Source: an uncultured Candidatus Rokubacteria bacterium
GTDB taxonomy: Bacteria > Methylomirabilota > Methylomirabilia > Rokubacteriales > CSP1-6
Direction of reading: 5' to 3'
NCBI GenBank assembly: GCA_963747235.1
Contig: CAVVEU010000008.1
Coordinates: 512,001 to 576,000, forward strand
DNA length: 64,000 nucleotides
The translations under genes and the position numbers were made by a program. The notes under the pieces are model-generated. The model searched no databases. It was not told the DNA's origin and was given only the letters and a program-made list of their open reading frames with translations. Of this stretch, positions 23,225 to 32,892 are shown piece by piece. The first letter of the stretch is position 1. Each line of letters starts with the position of its first letter.

Positions 23225-24730
23225 ATGACGCTAGCGCGCCTGGCCGAGGACGGCCTCGACAAGTACGGTGAGTACGTCGCCCTCGCGTTCGAGGGGCGGC
23301 AGTACACCAATCTGGACCAGCAGCGCGCCGCCTCCCGGCTCGCGCACGCGCTGCGGCGGCTGGGCGTGGCCCCGGGCGATCGCGTGGTGGTGATGCTCCC
23401 GAATTGCCCCGAGGTGATCCAGAGCTACGGGGCGATCCTCAAGTGCGGCGCGGTCATCGTGCCGGTCATCTTCCTGCTCGGCGACAAGGAGGTGGCCCAC
23501 ATCCTGGCCGACTCCGAGGCCAAGGTGGTGATCACGTCCACCGACATGCTGTGGAAGGTGGAGGGCCAGATAGGCGTGCTGCCCACGCTCCACCACGTGC
23601 TGCTGGCCGACGGCGAAGGGGACGGCCGGACGCGCTCGCTGGCGGCCGAGACCGCGGCCGAGTCGCCGACCTTCACCGCGGTGGACCGCTCGCCGGACGA
23701 CCTCGCGGTGATTCTCTACACCTCCGGGACCACCGGAGTGCCCAAGGGCGTCGCGCTGTCGCACGCCAATCTCGAGTCCAACGCGCGCGCGGCGGCCTCG
23801 CTCAACGAGCTGGGACGGGACGACTGGGCGGTGGCGGTGCTGCCCCTGTCGCACTCCTACGGGCTCACCGTGATGAACGCGGGCCACATCCTCGGCACGC
23901 GCGCGGCGCTGCTGCGCTGGTTCCATCCCGAGGCGGTGCTGGAGACCATCCAGGAGTTCCGGGCGGTCTCGATGTCCGCGGTGCCCACCATGCTCATCTA
24001 CCTCCTCAACTACCCGGACGCGGAGCGATTCGACACCTCGTCCATGCGGGCGTGGGGATCCGGCGCGGCGCCGCTGCCGGTCGAGATCGTCGAGCCCTTC
24101 GAGAAGAAGTTCGGCGGGCGCATCCTCGAGGGCTACGGGCTCACCGAGGCCTCGCCGGTGGTGTCGGCGCACCGCCTCTCGGGGCCGCGCAAGCTCGGCT
24201 CGGTGGGGCGGGCCATCCCCGGCGTGACCATCTCGATCCAGGATGACGACGACCGGGCGCGGCCCGCCGGCGAGATCGGGGAGGTCTGCGTGCAGGGGGC
24301 CAACGTGATGACCGGCTACTACCGCAACGCGGAGGAGACGGCGCGCACGGTGCGCGGCGGGTGGCTCCATACCGGGGACATGGGCCGGCTCGACGCGGAC
24401 GGCTTCCTCTTCATCGTCGAGCGCAAGAAGGACCTGATCATCCGCGGCGGCTTCAACATCTATCCCCGCGAGGTCGAGGAGGCGCTGTACGCCCACCCGC
24501 AGGTGGCGGAGGCGGCGGTGGTCGGCATGAAGGACCCGCTGATGGGCGAGGACGTGGTGGCGTTCGTGGTGCTCAAGGACGGCCCGCGCCCCACCGCCGA
24601 GGAGGTCGCCGCGTTCTGCGAGACCCGCCTGGCCCGCTACAAGTGTCCGAAGCAGGTCCGCTTCGTGGATTCGCTGCCCAAGAGCCCGATCGGGAAAATT
24701 CTACGCAAAGAGCTCCGCACGCAGGTGTGA
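23225..24730 (+). CDS. Long-chain fatty acid-CoA ligase
   Basis: YTSGTTGVPKG, EGYGLTE, LHTGD, RKKDLIIRGG, LPKSPIGK. Confidence 0.92.
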   Translation: MTLARLAEDGLDKYGEYVALAFEGRQYTNLDQQRAASRLAHALRRLGVAPGDRVVVMLPNCPEVIQSYGAILKCGAVIVPVIFLLGDKEVAHILADSEAKVVITSTDMLWKVEGQIGVLPTLHHVLLADGEGDGRTRSLAAETAAESPTFTAVDRSPDDLAVILYTSGTTGVPKGVALSHANLESNARAAASLNELGRDDWAVAVLPLSHSYGLTVMNAGHILGTRAALLRWFHPEAVLETIQEFRAVSMSAVPTMLIYLLNYPDAERFDTSSMRAWGSGAAPLPVEIVEPFEKKFGGRILEGYGLTEASPVVSAHRLSGPRKLGSVGRAIPGVTISIQDDDDRARPAGEIGEVCVQGANVMTGYYRNAEETARTVRGGWLHTGDMGRLDADGFLFIVERKKDLIIRGGFNIYPREVEEALYAHPQVAEAAVVGMKDPLMGEDVVAFVVLKDGPRPTAEEVAAFCETRLARYKCPKQVRFVDSLPKSPIGKILRKELRTQV

Positions 24731-24740
24731 GGAGGCGACC

Positions 24741-26531
24741 ATGGCCAATGGCACTCTCGCGAGCATGTTCTGGAACCGGGTCGAGCGCGACGGAGATCGC
24801 GCGGCCCAGCGGTACAAGGCCGGCGGGACCTGGCACACGCTCAGCTGGCGCCAGGTCGGCGAGGTGGTGCGCGAGGTCGCCACCGGCCTGCTCGCCCTCG
24901 GGCGCCGGAAGGAGGACGCGATCGGCATCCTCTCCGCGAGCCGCGCGGAATGGGTGCAGGCGGACTTCGCGATCTTCTCGGCGGGCTGCCGCACGATCCC
25001 GATCTACCCGACCTACCCGCCCGACCTGATCCAGTACCTCGTCAACGACGCGGGCGTGAAGACCCTCTTCGTCGAGGACCCGGGCCAGCTCGCCAAGGTG
25101 CTCGAGGTGCAGGGGAAGATGGAGGGGCTCGAGCAGATCGTGGTCATGCAGGGCTACGAGGGCGAGGCCTCGCCGCGGATCATGACCTGGGCCGAGCTGC
25201 GCCGGCTGGGGCGTGACAACGTGGAGCGCCTGAAGAGCGATCTCGCCGGGCGGGTGGCCGAGGTCCGGCCCGAGGACATCGCGACCATCGTCTACACCTC
25301 CGGCACCACCGGGCCGCCGAAGGGCGTGGTGCAGACGCACGGCAATCACCTGGCCACCCTCGAGTCGGCGGCCAAGATGGAGACGATCACGTCCGGGGAC
25401 ACCCACCTGCTGTTCCTGCCGCTGGCCCACTCGTTCGCGCGGCTCGAGTCCTTCCTGGGCGTGCATCGCGGGCTCACCACCGCCTTCGCGGAGAACATCG
25501 ACAAGCTGCGCGACAACCTGCCCGAGGTGAAGCCCAACTTCATCTGCAGCGTGCCGCGGGTGTTCGAGAAGGTCTACGCGGGCGTGCTCGCCAAGGCGGA
25601 GGCGGGGTCGCCGATCAAGAAGAAGATCTTCCACTGGGCGGTCGGGGTCGGCCGCGAGGTCTCGCGCTTGAAGCAGGCCAAGAAGCCGATCCCGGGCGGC
25701 CTCGCCTTCAAGTACCGCCTGGCCCACAAGCTCGTGTTCTCGAAGCTCCACGCGGCCCTGGGCGGGCGCCTGCGCTTCGCGGTCTCGGGGGGCGCGCCGC
25801 TCTCCAAGGAGATCGCGGAGTTCTTCCACGCCGCGGGCATCCTGATCCTCGAGGGCTATGGCCTCACCGAGACCTGCCCCTCGCTCACGTTCAACCGGCT
25901 CGAGCACTTCAAGTTCGGCTCGGTGGGGCAGGCGCAGCCCGGCATCGAGGTCAAGATCGCGCCCGACGGCGAGATCCTGGGCCGCGGAGCCAACATCGCC
26001 AAGGGGTACTTCAAGAAGCCGGAGGCCACCGCGGAGGTGTTCCTCGCCGACGGCTGGTTCGCCACCGGCGACATCGGGAAGATCGACGAGGACGGCTTCC
26101 TCTTCATCACCGACCGGAAGAAGGACCTCATCGTGACCGCGGGCGGGATGAACATCGCGCCGCAGAACATCGAGAACCTGCTCAAGGGCGATCCGTTCAT
26201 CAGCCAGGCGATGGTGCACGGCGACAAGCGCCCGTACCCGGTGGCCATCCTCACCCTGAACCCGGAGGAGCTGGTGAAGTTCGCCAAGGACCAGGGGATT
26301 CTCAACACCGATCCCGCGGCCCTCGCCAAGCATCCGAAGGTGGTCGAGCGGGTGAGCCGCATCGTGGAGGCGCGCAACCATGAGCTGCAGTCCTACGCCA
26401 AGGTGAAGAAGTTCGCGATCCTGCCCGGCGACTTCACGGTGGAGAACGGCCTGCTGACGCCCACGCTCAAGGTCAAGCGGCGGATCATCACCGACAAGCA
26501 CCGGGAGCTGCTCGATTCCCTCTACCGATAA
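24741..26531 (+). CDS. Long-chain acyl-CoA synthetase (FadD15/FAA1-like)
   Basis: YTSGTTGPPKG, SVPRVFEK, EGYGLTE, ATGD, LLTPTLKVKR. Confidence 0.92.
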   Translation: MANGTLASMFWNRVERDGDRAAQRYKAGGTWHTLSWRQVGEVVREVATGLLALGRRKEDAIGILSASRAEWVQADFAIFSAGCRTIPIYPTYPPDLIQYLVNDAGVKTLFVEDPGQLAKVLEVQGKMEGLEQIVVMQGYEGEASPRIMTWAELRRLGRDNVERLKSDLAGRVAEVRPEDIATIVYTSGTTGPPKGVVQTHGNHLATLESAAKMETITSGDTHLLFLPLAHSFARLESFLGVHRGLTTAFAENIDKLRDNLPEVKPNFICSVPRVFEKVYAGVLAKAEAGSPIKKKIFHWAVGVGREVSRLKQAKKPIPGGLAFKYRLAHKLVFSKLHAALGGRLRFAVSGGAPLSKEIAEFFHAAGILILEGYGLTETCPSLTFNRLEHFKFGSVGQAQPGIEVKIAPDGEILGRGANIAKGYFKKPEATAEVFLADGWFATGDIGKIDEDGFLFITDRKKDLIVTAGGMNIAPQNIENLLKGDPFISQAMVHGDKRPYPVAILTLNPEELVKFAKDQGILNTDPAALAKHPKVVERVSRIVEARNHELQSYAKVKKFAILPGDFTVENGLLTPTLKVKRRIITDKHRELLDSLYR

Positions 26532-26565
26532 TCCGGCCGCGGCCGCCCAGCGCCTCGACGGCCGC

Positions 26566-27297
26566 GTGGCCATCGTCACCGGGGCCAGCCGCGGCCTCGG
26601 GCGCGCGATGGCGGTGGCGCTGGCGCAGGCGGGCGCGGACGTGGCGGTGGCCGCGCGGGCCCGCCCCGATCTGGACGAGACGGCGCGGCTGATCACCGCG
26701 GCCGGGCGGCGGGCCCTCGTGGTGGAGACGGACGTGACCGCGTATCCCCAGGTCGAGACGCTCGTGCGCCGCACCATCGCGGAGCTGGGCGGCCTGCACG
26801 TGGTGGTGAACAACTCCGGCATCGCGCGGGTGGCCCCGGTGGCCCAGATGTCGCCGGAGGACTTCCGCGCCACCCTCGAGGTCAACCTGGTCGGGGTCTT
26901 CAACGGCTGCCGCGCCGCCGCCGCGCACCTGCTGGCGCAGAAGTCGGGCAAGATCATCAATCTCTCGTCGGTGCTGGGGCAGGTGGGCCTGCCCGGCTAC
27001 AGCGCGTACGCGGCGTCCAAGAGCGGGGTCATGGGGTTCACCCGCGCGCTCGCCGCGGAGTGGGCGCGCCACGGCATCCAGGTCAACGCGATCGCGCCGG
27101 GCTGGTTCGTCACCGAGATGAACGCCGACGCGTTCGCGGACGAGCGCACACGCGACCGGCTGCTCCGCGACGTGCCGCTCCGGCGCACCGGCCGCCTCGA
27201 CGAGATCGGCCCGCTCGTGGTCTACCTCGCTTCGGCGGCTTCCGACTTCATGACCGGCCAGACCCTCTTCCTCGATGGTGGCCACTCGGCGGTCTGA
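26566..27297 (+). CDS. SDR oxidoreductase (KduD/gluconate dehydrogenase-like); true start probably slightly upstream
   Basis: RLDGRVAIVTGASRGLG, NNSG, YAASK, ASDFMTGQTLFLDGG. Confidence 0.88.
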   Translation: MAIVTGASRGLGRAMAVALAQAGADVAVAARARPDLDETARLITAAGRRALVVETDVTAYPQVETLVRRTIAELGGLHVVVNNSGIARVAPVAQMSPEDFRATLEVNLVGVFNGCRAAAAHLLAQKSGKIINLSSVLGQVGLPGYSAYAASKSGVMGFTRALAAEWARHGIQVNAIAPGWFVTEMNADAFADERTRDRLLRDVPLRRTGRLDEIGPLVVYLASAASDFMTGQTLFLDGGHSAV

Positions 27298-27755
27298 GGC
27301 CGGGCGCCGCCGCGCGCCCGCGAGCGCCCGCGCTGCACCCGGCGCCGCTCGCCGAGTGCGTCATCTGCGGCCCCGACAGCCGCGGCGGCCTGCGTGTGCG
27401 GTTCCGGCGGCGGGGCGATACGATCGTCGGCTCGTTCACGCCGGGCCGTGCCCATCAGGGCTATCGCGGCCTCATGTCCGGGGGCCTGCTCGCCGCGATC
27501 TTCGACTGCCTGCACTATCGGCTGGCGCTCGTGCGCGGCGTGGTCCTGGCGGTGACCGCGCGGATCGAGGTGGACTATCGCGCGCCGGTTCCCCTCGGCC
27601 GTCCCGTGCGCTTCGAGGCCCGCCTGGTCGCGCGGCGCGGCCGCGTCTTCGACACGCGCGCGGTGGCGCGGCTGGCGGGCGGGATCGTCGCCGCCGAGTC
27701 GCGCGCGATCTACGTGGAAGTTCCGCCGAGCCGCTTGCCCGCCGGCGGGCGCTAG
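27294..27755 (+). CDS. PaaI-family hot-dog thioesterase (start uncertain, possibly CTG)
   Basis: CVICGPDSRGGL, HQGYRGLMSGGLLAAIFD, VTARIEVDYRAPVP. Confidence 0.75.
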   Translation: MRPGAAARPRAPALHPAPLAECVICGPDSRGGLRVRFRRRGDTIVGSFTPGRAHQGYRGLMSGGLLAAIFDCLHYRLALVRGVVLAVTARIEVDYRAPVPLGRPVRFEARLVARRGRVFDTRAVARLAGGIVAAESRAIYVEVPPSRLPAGGR

Positions 27756-29515
27756 GCGCCGGCCTCCGGCGGGAGCGACTCCCAGAACCGGCGCTCCGCT
27801 TCCCGCGGCGCGGCCTCCACGCGACACTGCCGGTCGAGGATCATGGTGCGGCGATGGGCCGCGTCGTACGCGGGCCAGTCGGCGATGCCCGCGTGGCCCG
27901 GTCGCCCGGTGCGCGCGAACGCGATCCACGCGTCCTGGATCTGCCCGGCGAGGGCGTGCGCGGCCGGGCCCTTGCCGGTGAACGGGCGGAGGAGCCGGTG
28001 CTCGAGGGTGCCGAAGAGAAAGGGCAGCTCGAGCGCGTGACAGGCGCCGAAGAGCCCGCCCATCGCGGGCGAAGGCCATGTGAACAGATAGGCGTAGGTC
28101 TCCGGCTGATGCGCCGCATGGAGCGCGGCGAGGCGCATCGCGGGGTATCGCATGGTCCGGTCGGACTCGATGGCGAACCACAGGTCGCCCGGGTCGACGC
28201 GCTCGCCGCGCGCGGCCCGCGCGTCCCGGTAGACCGTGATCGCCCGCCGCGCCGCGTCCGCCCCACCGGGGATCGCCTCCGCGCACCGGGCGAGGAGCTC
28301 GCCCTCGTCGAGCGTCGTGGCCTCCGGATCCAGCGGGGCGAAGAGCCGCGCCTCGTCCAGGTTGGTGCCGATCAGCAGCGAGATGCCGCGGGCCTCGCCG
28401 TCGCGGATGGCGGCCAGCGGATCGCGCGGGATGATGTCCCCGTCGATCACGGGCTGGAACGGCAGGCCGCGGGTGCGCAACACCCGGAGCGCGGCCATCT
28501 CCGGCGCGGCCGGCGCCCGCCGCCGGCGCCCGCGGCGGCGGAGCACGTCCAGCAGCCCGCGCGACACCGGGGCCACCCTGCTGCCGAAGCGGCGGCGCGC
28601 GAGGGAGAGGCCGAGGAAGACCGCGCCCGCCACGCGCTGCCCGGACGGGGAGAGCGTGCCGAGGACGTGGTGCTCGCCCAGCATCAGATCCATGAAGAGG
28701 CGGCGCTGGGCCGCGAGGAGGCGCGCGGGGGCGGCGGCGCGCAGCTCCTCGGGCGAGCTCATCGAGAGGTCCGCGAGCACCCGGTCGGCAATGCGCGCGG
28801 CGGTGTCGCGGGGCCAGAGGTAGTTCGCGGCGCCGGATTCCAGGATCGCGCGGTGGAAGAGGCCGCGGGCGCGCGGCACGCCGAGCAGGGTGGCGCAGCT
28901 CATCGCGCCCGCCGACTCGCCGAAGATCGTCACGTTGCCCGGATCGCCGCCGAATGCCGCGATCTCGTCGCGCACCCACTCGAGCGCCGCCACCTGGTCG
29001 AGGAGTCCCTCGTTGCCGGTCGCGGGCAGGCGCTCGCCGAAGCGGTCGCGCAGGCGCAGGAAGCCCAGCGCGCCCAGCCGGTAGTTGATGGTGACGACGA
29101 CCACGTCGCCACGACGGGCCAGGGCCGCGCCGTTGTAGAGCATCTGGGAGCCGGAGCCCAGGATGAAGGCGCCGCCGTGGATCCAGACGAGCACCGGCCG
29201 GCGGCCCCGGTCCGCGGCGGGCGTCCAGACGTTCAGGTAGAGGCAGTCCTCGCCGGTGCGGCTGATGCCCAGGCTCATCAATGGGCCGACGAGCGCGCCG
29301 TTCTGCGCCGCCGACGGCCCGAACCGGGCTGCGTCGCGAACCTCCGACCAGGGCTCGGGCGGCTCGGGAGGCCGGAAGCGGAGCGGGCCGACCGGCGGGC
29401 GCGCGAAGGGGAGGCCGCGGAACACCGCGAGGCCTCCTTCGATGACGCCGCGCACCGGGCCGCGGCGAGTCTCCACCAGGACGTCCCCAGCCTCCCCGCC
29501 TGGTCGCGGGCTCAC
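27752..29515 (-). CDS. Type-B carboxylesterase/lipase (PnbA-like) with basic insertion
   Basis: EDCLYLNVWTP, WIHGGAF, NYRLG, FGESAG, GACHALEL. Confidence 0.92.
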   Translation of the reverse strand: MSPRPGGEAGDVLVETRRGPVRGVIEGGLAVFRGLPFARPPVGPLRFRPPEPPEPWSEVRDAARFGPSAAQNGALVGPLMSLGISRTGEDCLYLNVWTPAADRGRRPVLVWIHGGAFILGSGSQMLYNGAALARRGDVVVVTINYRLGALGFLRLRDRFGERLPATGNEGLLDQVAALEWVRDEIAAFGGDPGNVTIFGESAGAMSCATLLGVPRARGLFHRAILESGAANYLWPRDTAARIADRVLADLSMSSPEELRAAAPARLLAAQRRLFMDLMLGEHHVLGTLSPSGQRVAGAVFLGLSLARRRFGSRVAPVSRGLLDVLRRRGRRRRAPAAPEMAALRVLRTRGLPFQPVIDGDIIPRDPLAAIRDGEARGISLLIGTNLDEARLFAPLDPEATTLDEGELLARCAEAIPGGADAARRAITVYRDARAARGERVDPGDLWFAIESDRTMRYPAMRLAALHAAHQPETYAYLFTWPSPAMGGLFGACHALELPFLFGTLEHRLLRPFTGKGPAAHALAGQIQDAWIAFARTGRPGHAGIADWPAYDAAHRRTMILDRQCRVEAAPREAERRFWESLPPEAGA

Positions 29516-30801
29516 GGCAGCAGGTCCAGCAGCAGATGGATCACGTAGAGGCCGCCACCGGCCAGGCCGCCCACGACCGTGCCGTTCACGCGGATGTACT
29601 GGAGATCGTCGCCCGCGTGCTCCTCGATGAGCCGCACCGCGCCCTCCGGGCCGAGCGCGTGAACGCCCCGCTCGATGAAGTGCGCGATCCGGTCGTGGTA
29701 GCGGTCCACCGCCTCGGTGAGCCGCTCCTTGAGCCAGCGATCGAGCGATTCCCGGAGCGCGGTGTCGTCCGCCAGGGTTTGCCGCGCGCGGTCGAGCCGC
29801 GCGGTGATCCAGCTCACCAGCTCGGACGGCTGGGCGGCCAGGTCCGCGGTCACGATCTTGCGGAGCCCCACCGCCGCGTCCTCGAGCAGGCGCGCCACCG
29901 CCGGGCTCGCCAGCAATTCCTCCTTGGCGGCCTCCACGCGCGCGGCCAGGGCCGGGTCGGTGCGGAGCCGCTCGGGCAGCGCGGCGAGCGTCTCGGTGAG
30001 GCGCCGGCGCAGGGGATCGTCGGGGTCGTCCGCGATCTTCTTCAGCGCCTCGTGGAGCGCGGTGACGATCCGCTCCCGGTCGATGAGCCCGAACGTGCTC
30101 GCCAGGCCCATGAGGATGCGCGGATAGACACCCATCCGAGTGCGATAGTCGGCCAGCACCTCGTCCACCAGATCGCCGACGGTGGCGCGGAAGTCCGGGC
30201 GCTCGAGCGCGTCGATCAGCGCCGTCGCCACCGCCTCGATGAGCCGCTGATCCCAGCCCTGCTTGCGCGCGATCTCGATGCCGGTGGCCAGCAGCGGCGC
30301 GATGGGGTTCGCGCGGGCCAGGCGGGTCAGCCAGAGCGCGGCGTCGCCGGTCGCCGCCGGCGTGACCTGCTCCGTCGCCCAGCGCGCGACCGCGCGGACC
30401 GCCGCCTCGAGGTCGGCCGGCTTGATGCGCTCGGCCCCGCGGGCCAGCAGCTCGGCGATGTCGAAGCGCCCGATCTCGTGGGTGACGTAGTCCTTGGTGA
30501 GCACCCGATCGCCCACCATGCTCCCCACGCGCTGGGCCATGAGCTCCCAGTTGGCCGGGATGATCGCGGTGTGGGGGATGGGCAGGCCCAGCGGATGCCG
30601 GAAGAGCGCGGTGACCGCGAACCAGTCCGCGAGGCCACCCACGATGCCGGCCTCCGCGACGGCCAGGATGAAGCCACCCCACCAGCGGGTGCGCAACGGG
30701 TACGCCGCCACCGCCAGGGCCACCGCCGCCAGCAAGACGAGCAGGGCGAGCCGCCGCTGGCGGGGCGGCCGCCGGGATTCGGAAGCGCCGCGGCCGTCCA
30801 C
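29512..30801 (-). CDS. DUF445-family membrane protein
   Basis: VGGLADWFAVTALFRHPLGLPIPHTAIIP and DLQYIRVNGTVVGGL. Confidence 0.9.
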   Translation of the reverse strand: MDGRGASESRRPPRQRRLALLVLLAAVALAVAAYPLRTRWWGGFILAVAEAGIVGGLADWFAVTALFRHPLGLPIPHTAIIPANWELMAQRVGSMVGDRVLTKDYVTHEIGRFDIAELLARGAERIKPADLEAAVRAVARWATEQVTPAATGDAALWLTRLARANPIAPLLATGIEIARKQGWDQRLIEAVATALIDALERPDFRATVGDLVDEVLADYRTRMGVYPRILMGLASTFGLIDRERIVTALHEALKKIADDPDDPLRRRLTETLAALPERLRTDPALAARVEAAKEELLASPAVARLLEDAAVGLRKIVTADLAAQPSELVSWITARLDRARQTLADDTALRESLDRWLKERLTEAVDRYHDRIAHFIERGVHALGPEGAVRLIEEHAGDDLQYIRVNGTVVGGLAGGGLYVIHLLLDLLP

Positions 30802-30823
30802 GCACGAATGCTATCATTTCCGC

Positions 30824-31837
30824 ATGATCGCGGCCGTCCTTCGGGGTCCTCGCTCGCTCGACATCACGACCGTCGCATCGCCCACGCCGGGCCCGAACGA
30901 CGCGGTCATCCGGGTCACCGCGGCCGGGCTCTGCGGCACCGACTACCGGATCTGGACGGGCGAGCGCCCGGTGCGCTATCCCCTCGTGATGGGGCACGAG
31001 TTCGTCGGCACGGTGGCGGCCATCGGGAGCGCGGTCCGGAACGTGACGGTCGGGCAGGCGGTGGCGGTGGAGCCCAACTACTCCTGCGGGACGTGCGCGC
31101 TCTGCCGCGAGGGCAACCGCAACCTGTGCCTCTCGCGCGTGGCGGTCGGCATCGACGTGGACGGCGGCTTCGCCCAGGAGGCGATCGTGCCCGCCCGCTG
31201 CTGCTGGCCGGCGCCCGACGGCCTCTCCACCGAGCGCCTGCTCATGGCCGAGCCGCTCGCGGTGGTGGTGCGCGCGGTCGGCCGCGCGGCGCCGGTGGCC
31301 GGCGAGACCGCGGCGGTGCTCGGGGTGGGCTCGCTCGGGCTGCTCGCCGTCCAGGTGCTCCGCGCGCGCGGCTGCCGCGTGCTGGCGGTGGCGCGGACCA
31401 CCAAACGGCTTGATCTGGCGCTCGCGCTGGGCGCGGAGGCGGTCGCGCTCTCGGGCGCCGATGACGACACGGCCGCCGCGCGCGCCTTCTCCGGGCGCGA
31501 GGGCGTGGACCTGGTGATCGAGACCGCCGGCACGGCCCTGGCGGTCGAGCAGGCGGTCAACCTGTGCCGCCCCGGCGGGCGCGTGGTGCTCACCGGGTTG
31601 CCGCACGAGGCCACGTCGCTGAACTTCTTCTGGGTCGTTCGCCGCGAGCTCCGGATCATCGGCTCGATGATCTACCAGGACGAGTTCCCGGAGGCGATGC
31701 GCCTCCTCGAGGCGGGCGCGGTGCGGACGGACCGGCTCCTCTCCGGGACCTTCCCGCTGGACCGCATCGGCGACGCCTTCGAGGCGCATCGCTCGCCCGA
31801 CTCGATCAAGGTCGCGGTCATCCCGCCCGCCGGCTAG
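30824..31837 (+). CDS. Zn-dependent alcohol dehydrogenase (MDR, sorbitol/threonine DH-like)
   Basis: CGTD, GHE, CGTCALCREGNRNLC, GVGSLG. Confidence 0.92.
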   Translation: MIAAVLRGPRSLDITTVASPTPGPNDAVIRVTAAGLCGTDYRIWTGERPVRYPLVMGHEFVGTVAAIGSAVRNVTVGQAVAVEPNYSCGTCALCREGNRNLCLSRVAVGIDVDGGFAQEAIVPARCCWPAPDGLSTERLLMAEPLAVVVRAVGRAAPVAGETAAVLGVGSLGLLAVQVLRARGCRVLAVARTTKRLDLALALGAEAVALSGADDDTAAARAFSGREGVDLVIETAGTALAVEQAVNLCRPGGRVVLTGLPHEATSLNFFWVVRRELRIIGSMIYQDEFPEAMRLLEAGAVRTDRLLSGTFPLDRIGDAFEAHRSPDSIKVAVIPPAG

Positions 31838-31878
31838 GCGCCGCCTCTTTTCGGCGCCTCGTCTCCTCGTCCTGCATT

Positions 31879-32789
31879 CTATATTCGCTCGGCTCGCCTT
31901 CGGCTGCGCCTCGCCCTGCATTCCGCGATGAGGCGGGCCGCGAAGCGGCCGGCCGCGGCGCCGCGGCGGAACCCGGGCCGGTGCACCAGCGTGACCGGGA
32001 GCGACGGCACCGCCGCCCGCTCCCATCTGACCCGGCCGCGATCCAGCTCGGCCAGGGCGAGGGCGGGAGCCAGGCCCACCCCCAGGCCCCCCGAGACGTA
32101 GGCGAGCAGGAGGGACACGCTCGGCACGTCGATGGTGGACGTGGGCTGGATGCGCTCACGCGTCAGGTAGTCCTCCAGCAGCCGCCGTCCCTGGCTCCCC
32201 GCGCCGAGTCGCAGCAGGGGCTCGTGGGCGAGCCGGTCGGGCAGGGGCACGTGCTTCCCGGCCGGCGGGGCCCGACCCAGACGAAGGGCTGGTCGAAGAG
32301 CCGCTCGGCCTCGAGCCCGCGCGGGATCTCCTGGCCGGTGACCACCGCGCAGTCCACCTCGCCGAGCCCCACCAGGCGGATGCCCTCGCGCGAGTGGGTG
32401 GTGGCGATCTCGAAGCGGAGCGGCACCCGCTCCTCGAGGAGCTCGCGCAGCACCGGCACCAGCAGGGCCTTGCCGAGGTAGTCGCTGACCGCGACGCGCA
32501 GGGTCGCGGGCGGCCGACCGGACAGCTCGGCCAGGTGGGCGAAGAGCGCCTCCGTCTCGGTGCCGAGCTTCAGGATGCCGGGCAGGGCGGCCTCGCCCGC
32601 CGCGGTGAGCCGGACGCCGCGGCCCGCGCGCTCGAGGAAGGTCACGCCCAGATGCCGCTCGAGCTTGCGGATCTGCTGGCTGATCGCGGAGGAGGTGCGA
32701 TGGTGCAGCCGCGCCGCCGCGCCCACCGAGCCGCTGCGCGCGACGGTCAGCAGGCTCAGCAGGGCGGGGAGGAGGGCGGCGTCGATCAT
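31879..32789 (-). CDS. LysR-family regulator divergent from leuCD; frameshift ~32250
   Basis: GSVGAAARLHHRTSSAISQQIRKLE HTH, RLTAAG; C-terminal YVSGGLGVGLAP in ORF 31879..32250. Confidence 0.88.
31880..31914 (-). mobile_element. 35-bp structured miniature element flanked by a 9-bp direct repeat
   Basis: CCTGCATTC at 31871-31879 and 31915-31923; second copy of the element at 61932-61964. Confidence 0.6.
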
Positions 32790-32801
32790 TAGCGGATCTT
32801 A
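32789..32801. promoter_or_regulatory. Candidate LysR T-N11-A box
   Basis: TTAG-CGGAT-CTTA near-palindrome at the LysR start in an AT-richer divergent intergenic region. Confidence 0.4.
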
Positions 32802-32892
32802 CGGGACCGGCAAGAATATTTCACTATACTTAACGGTCTGACGGCGGGACACTCTCCCGGCCGGCCACCCTGCCGGTCACACGGAGGAGACC

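Noticed and set aside
27752-32026. 1424-aa minus-strand ORF as a giant protein
   Set aside because: Only the last ~587 aa (GTG 29515) are the carboxylesterase; the rest is off-frame or antisense to DUF445 and the ADH gene
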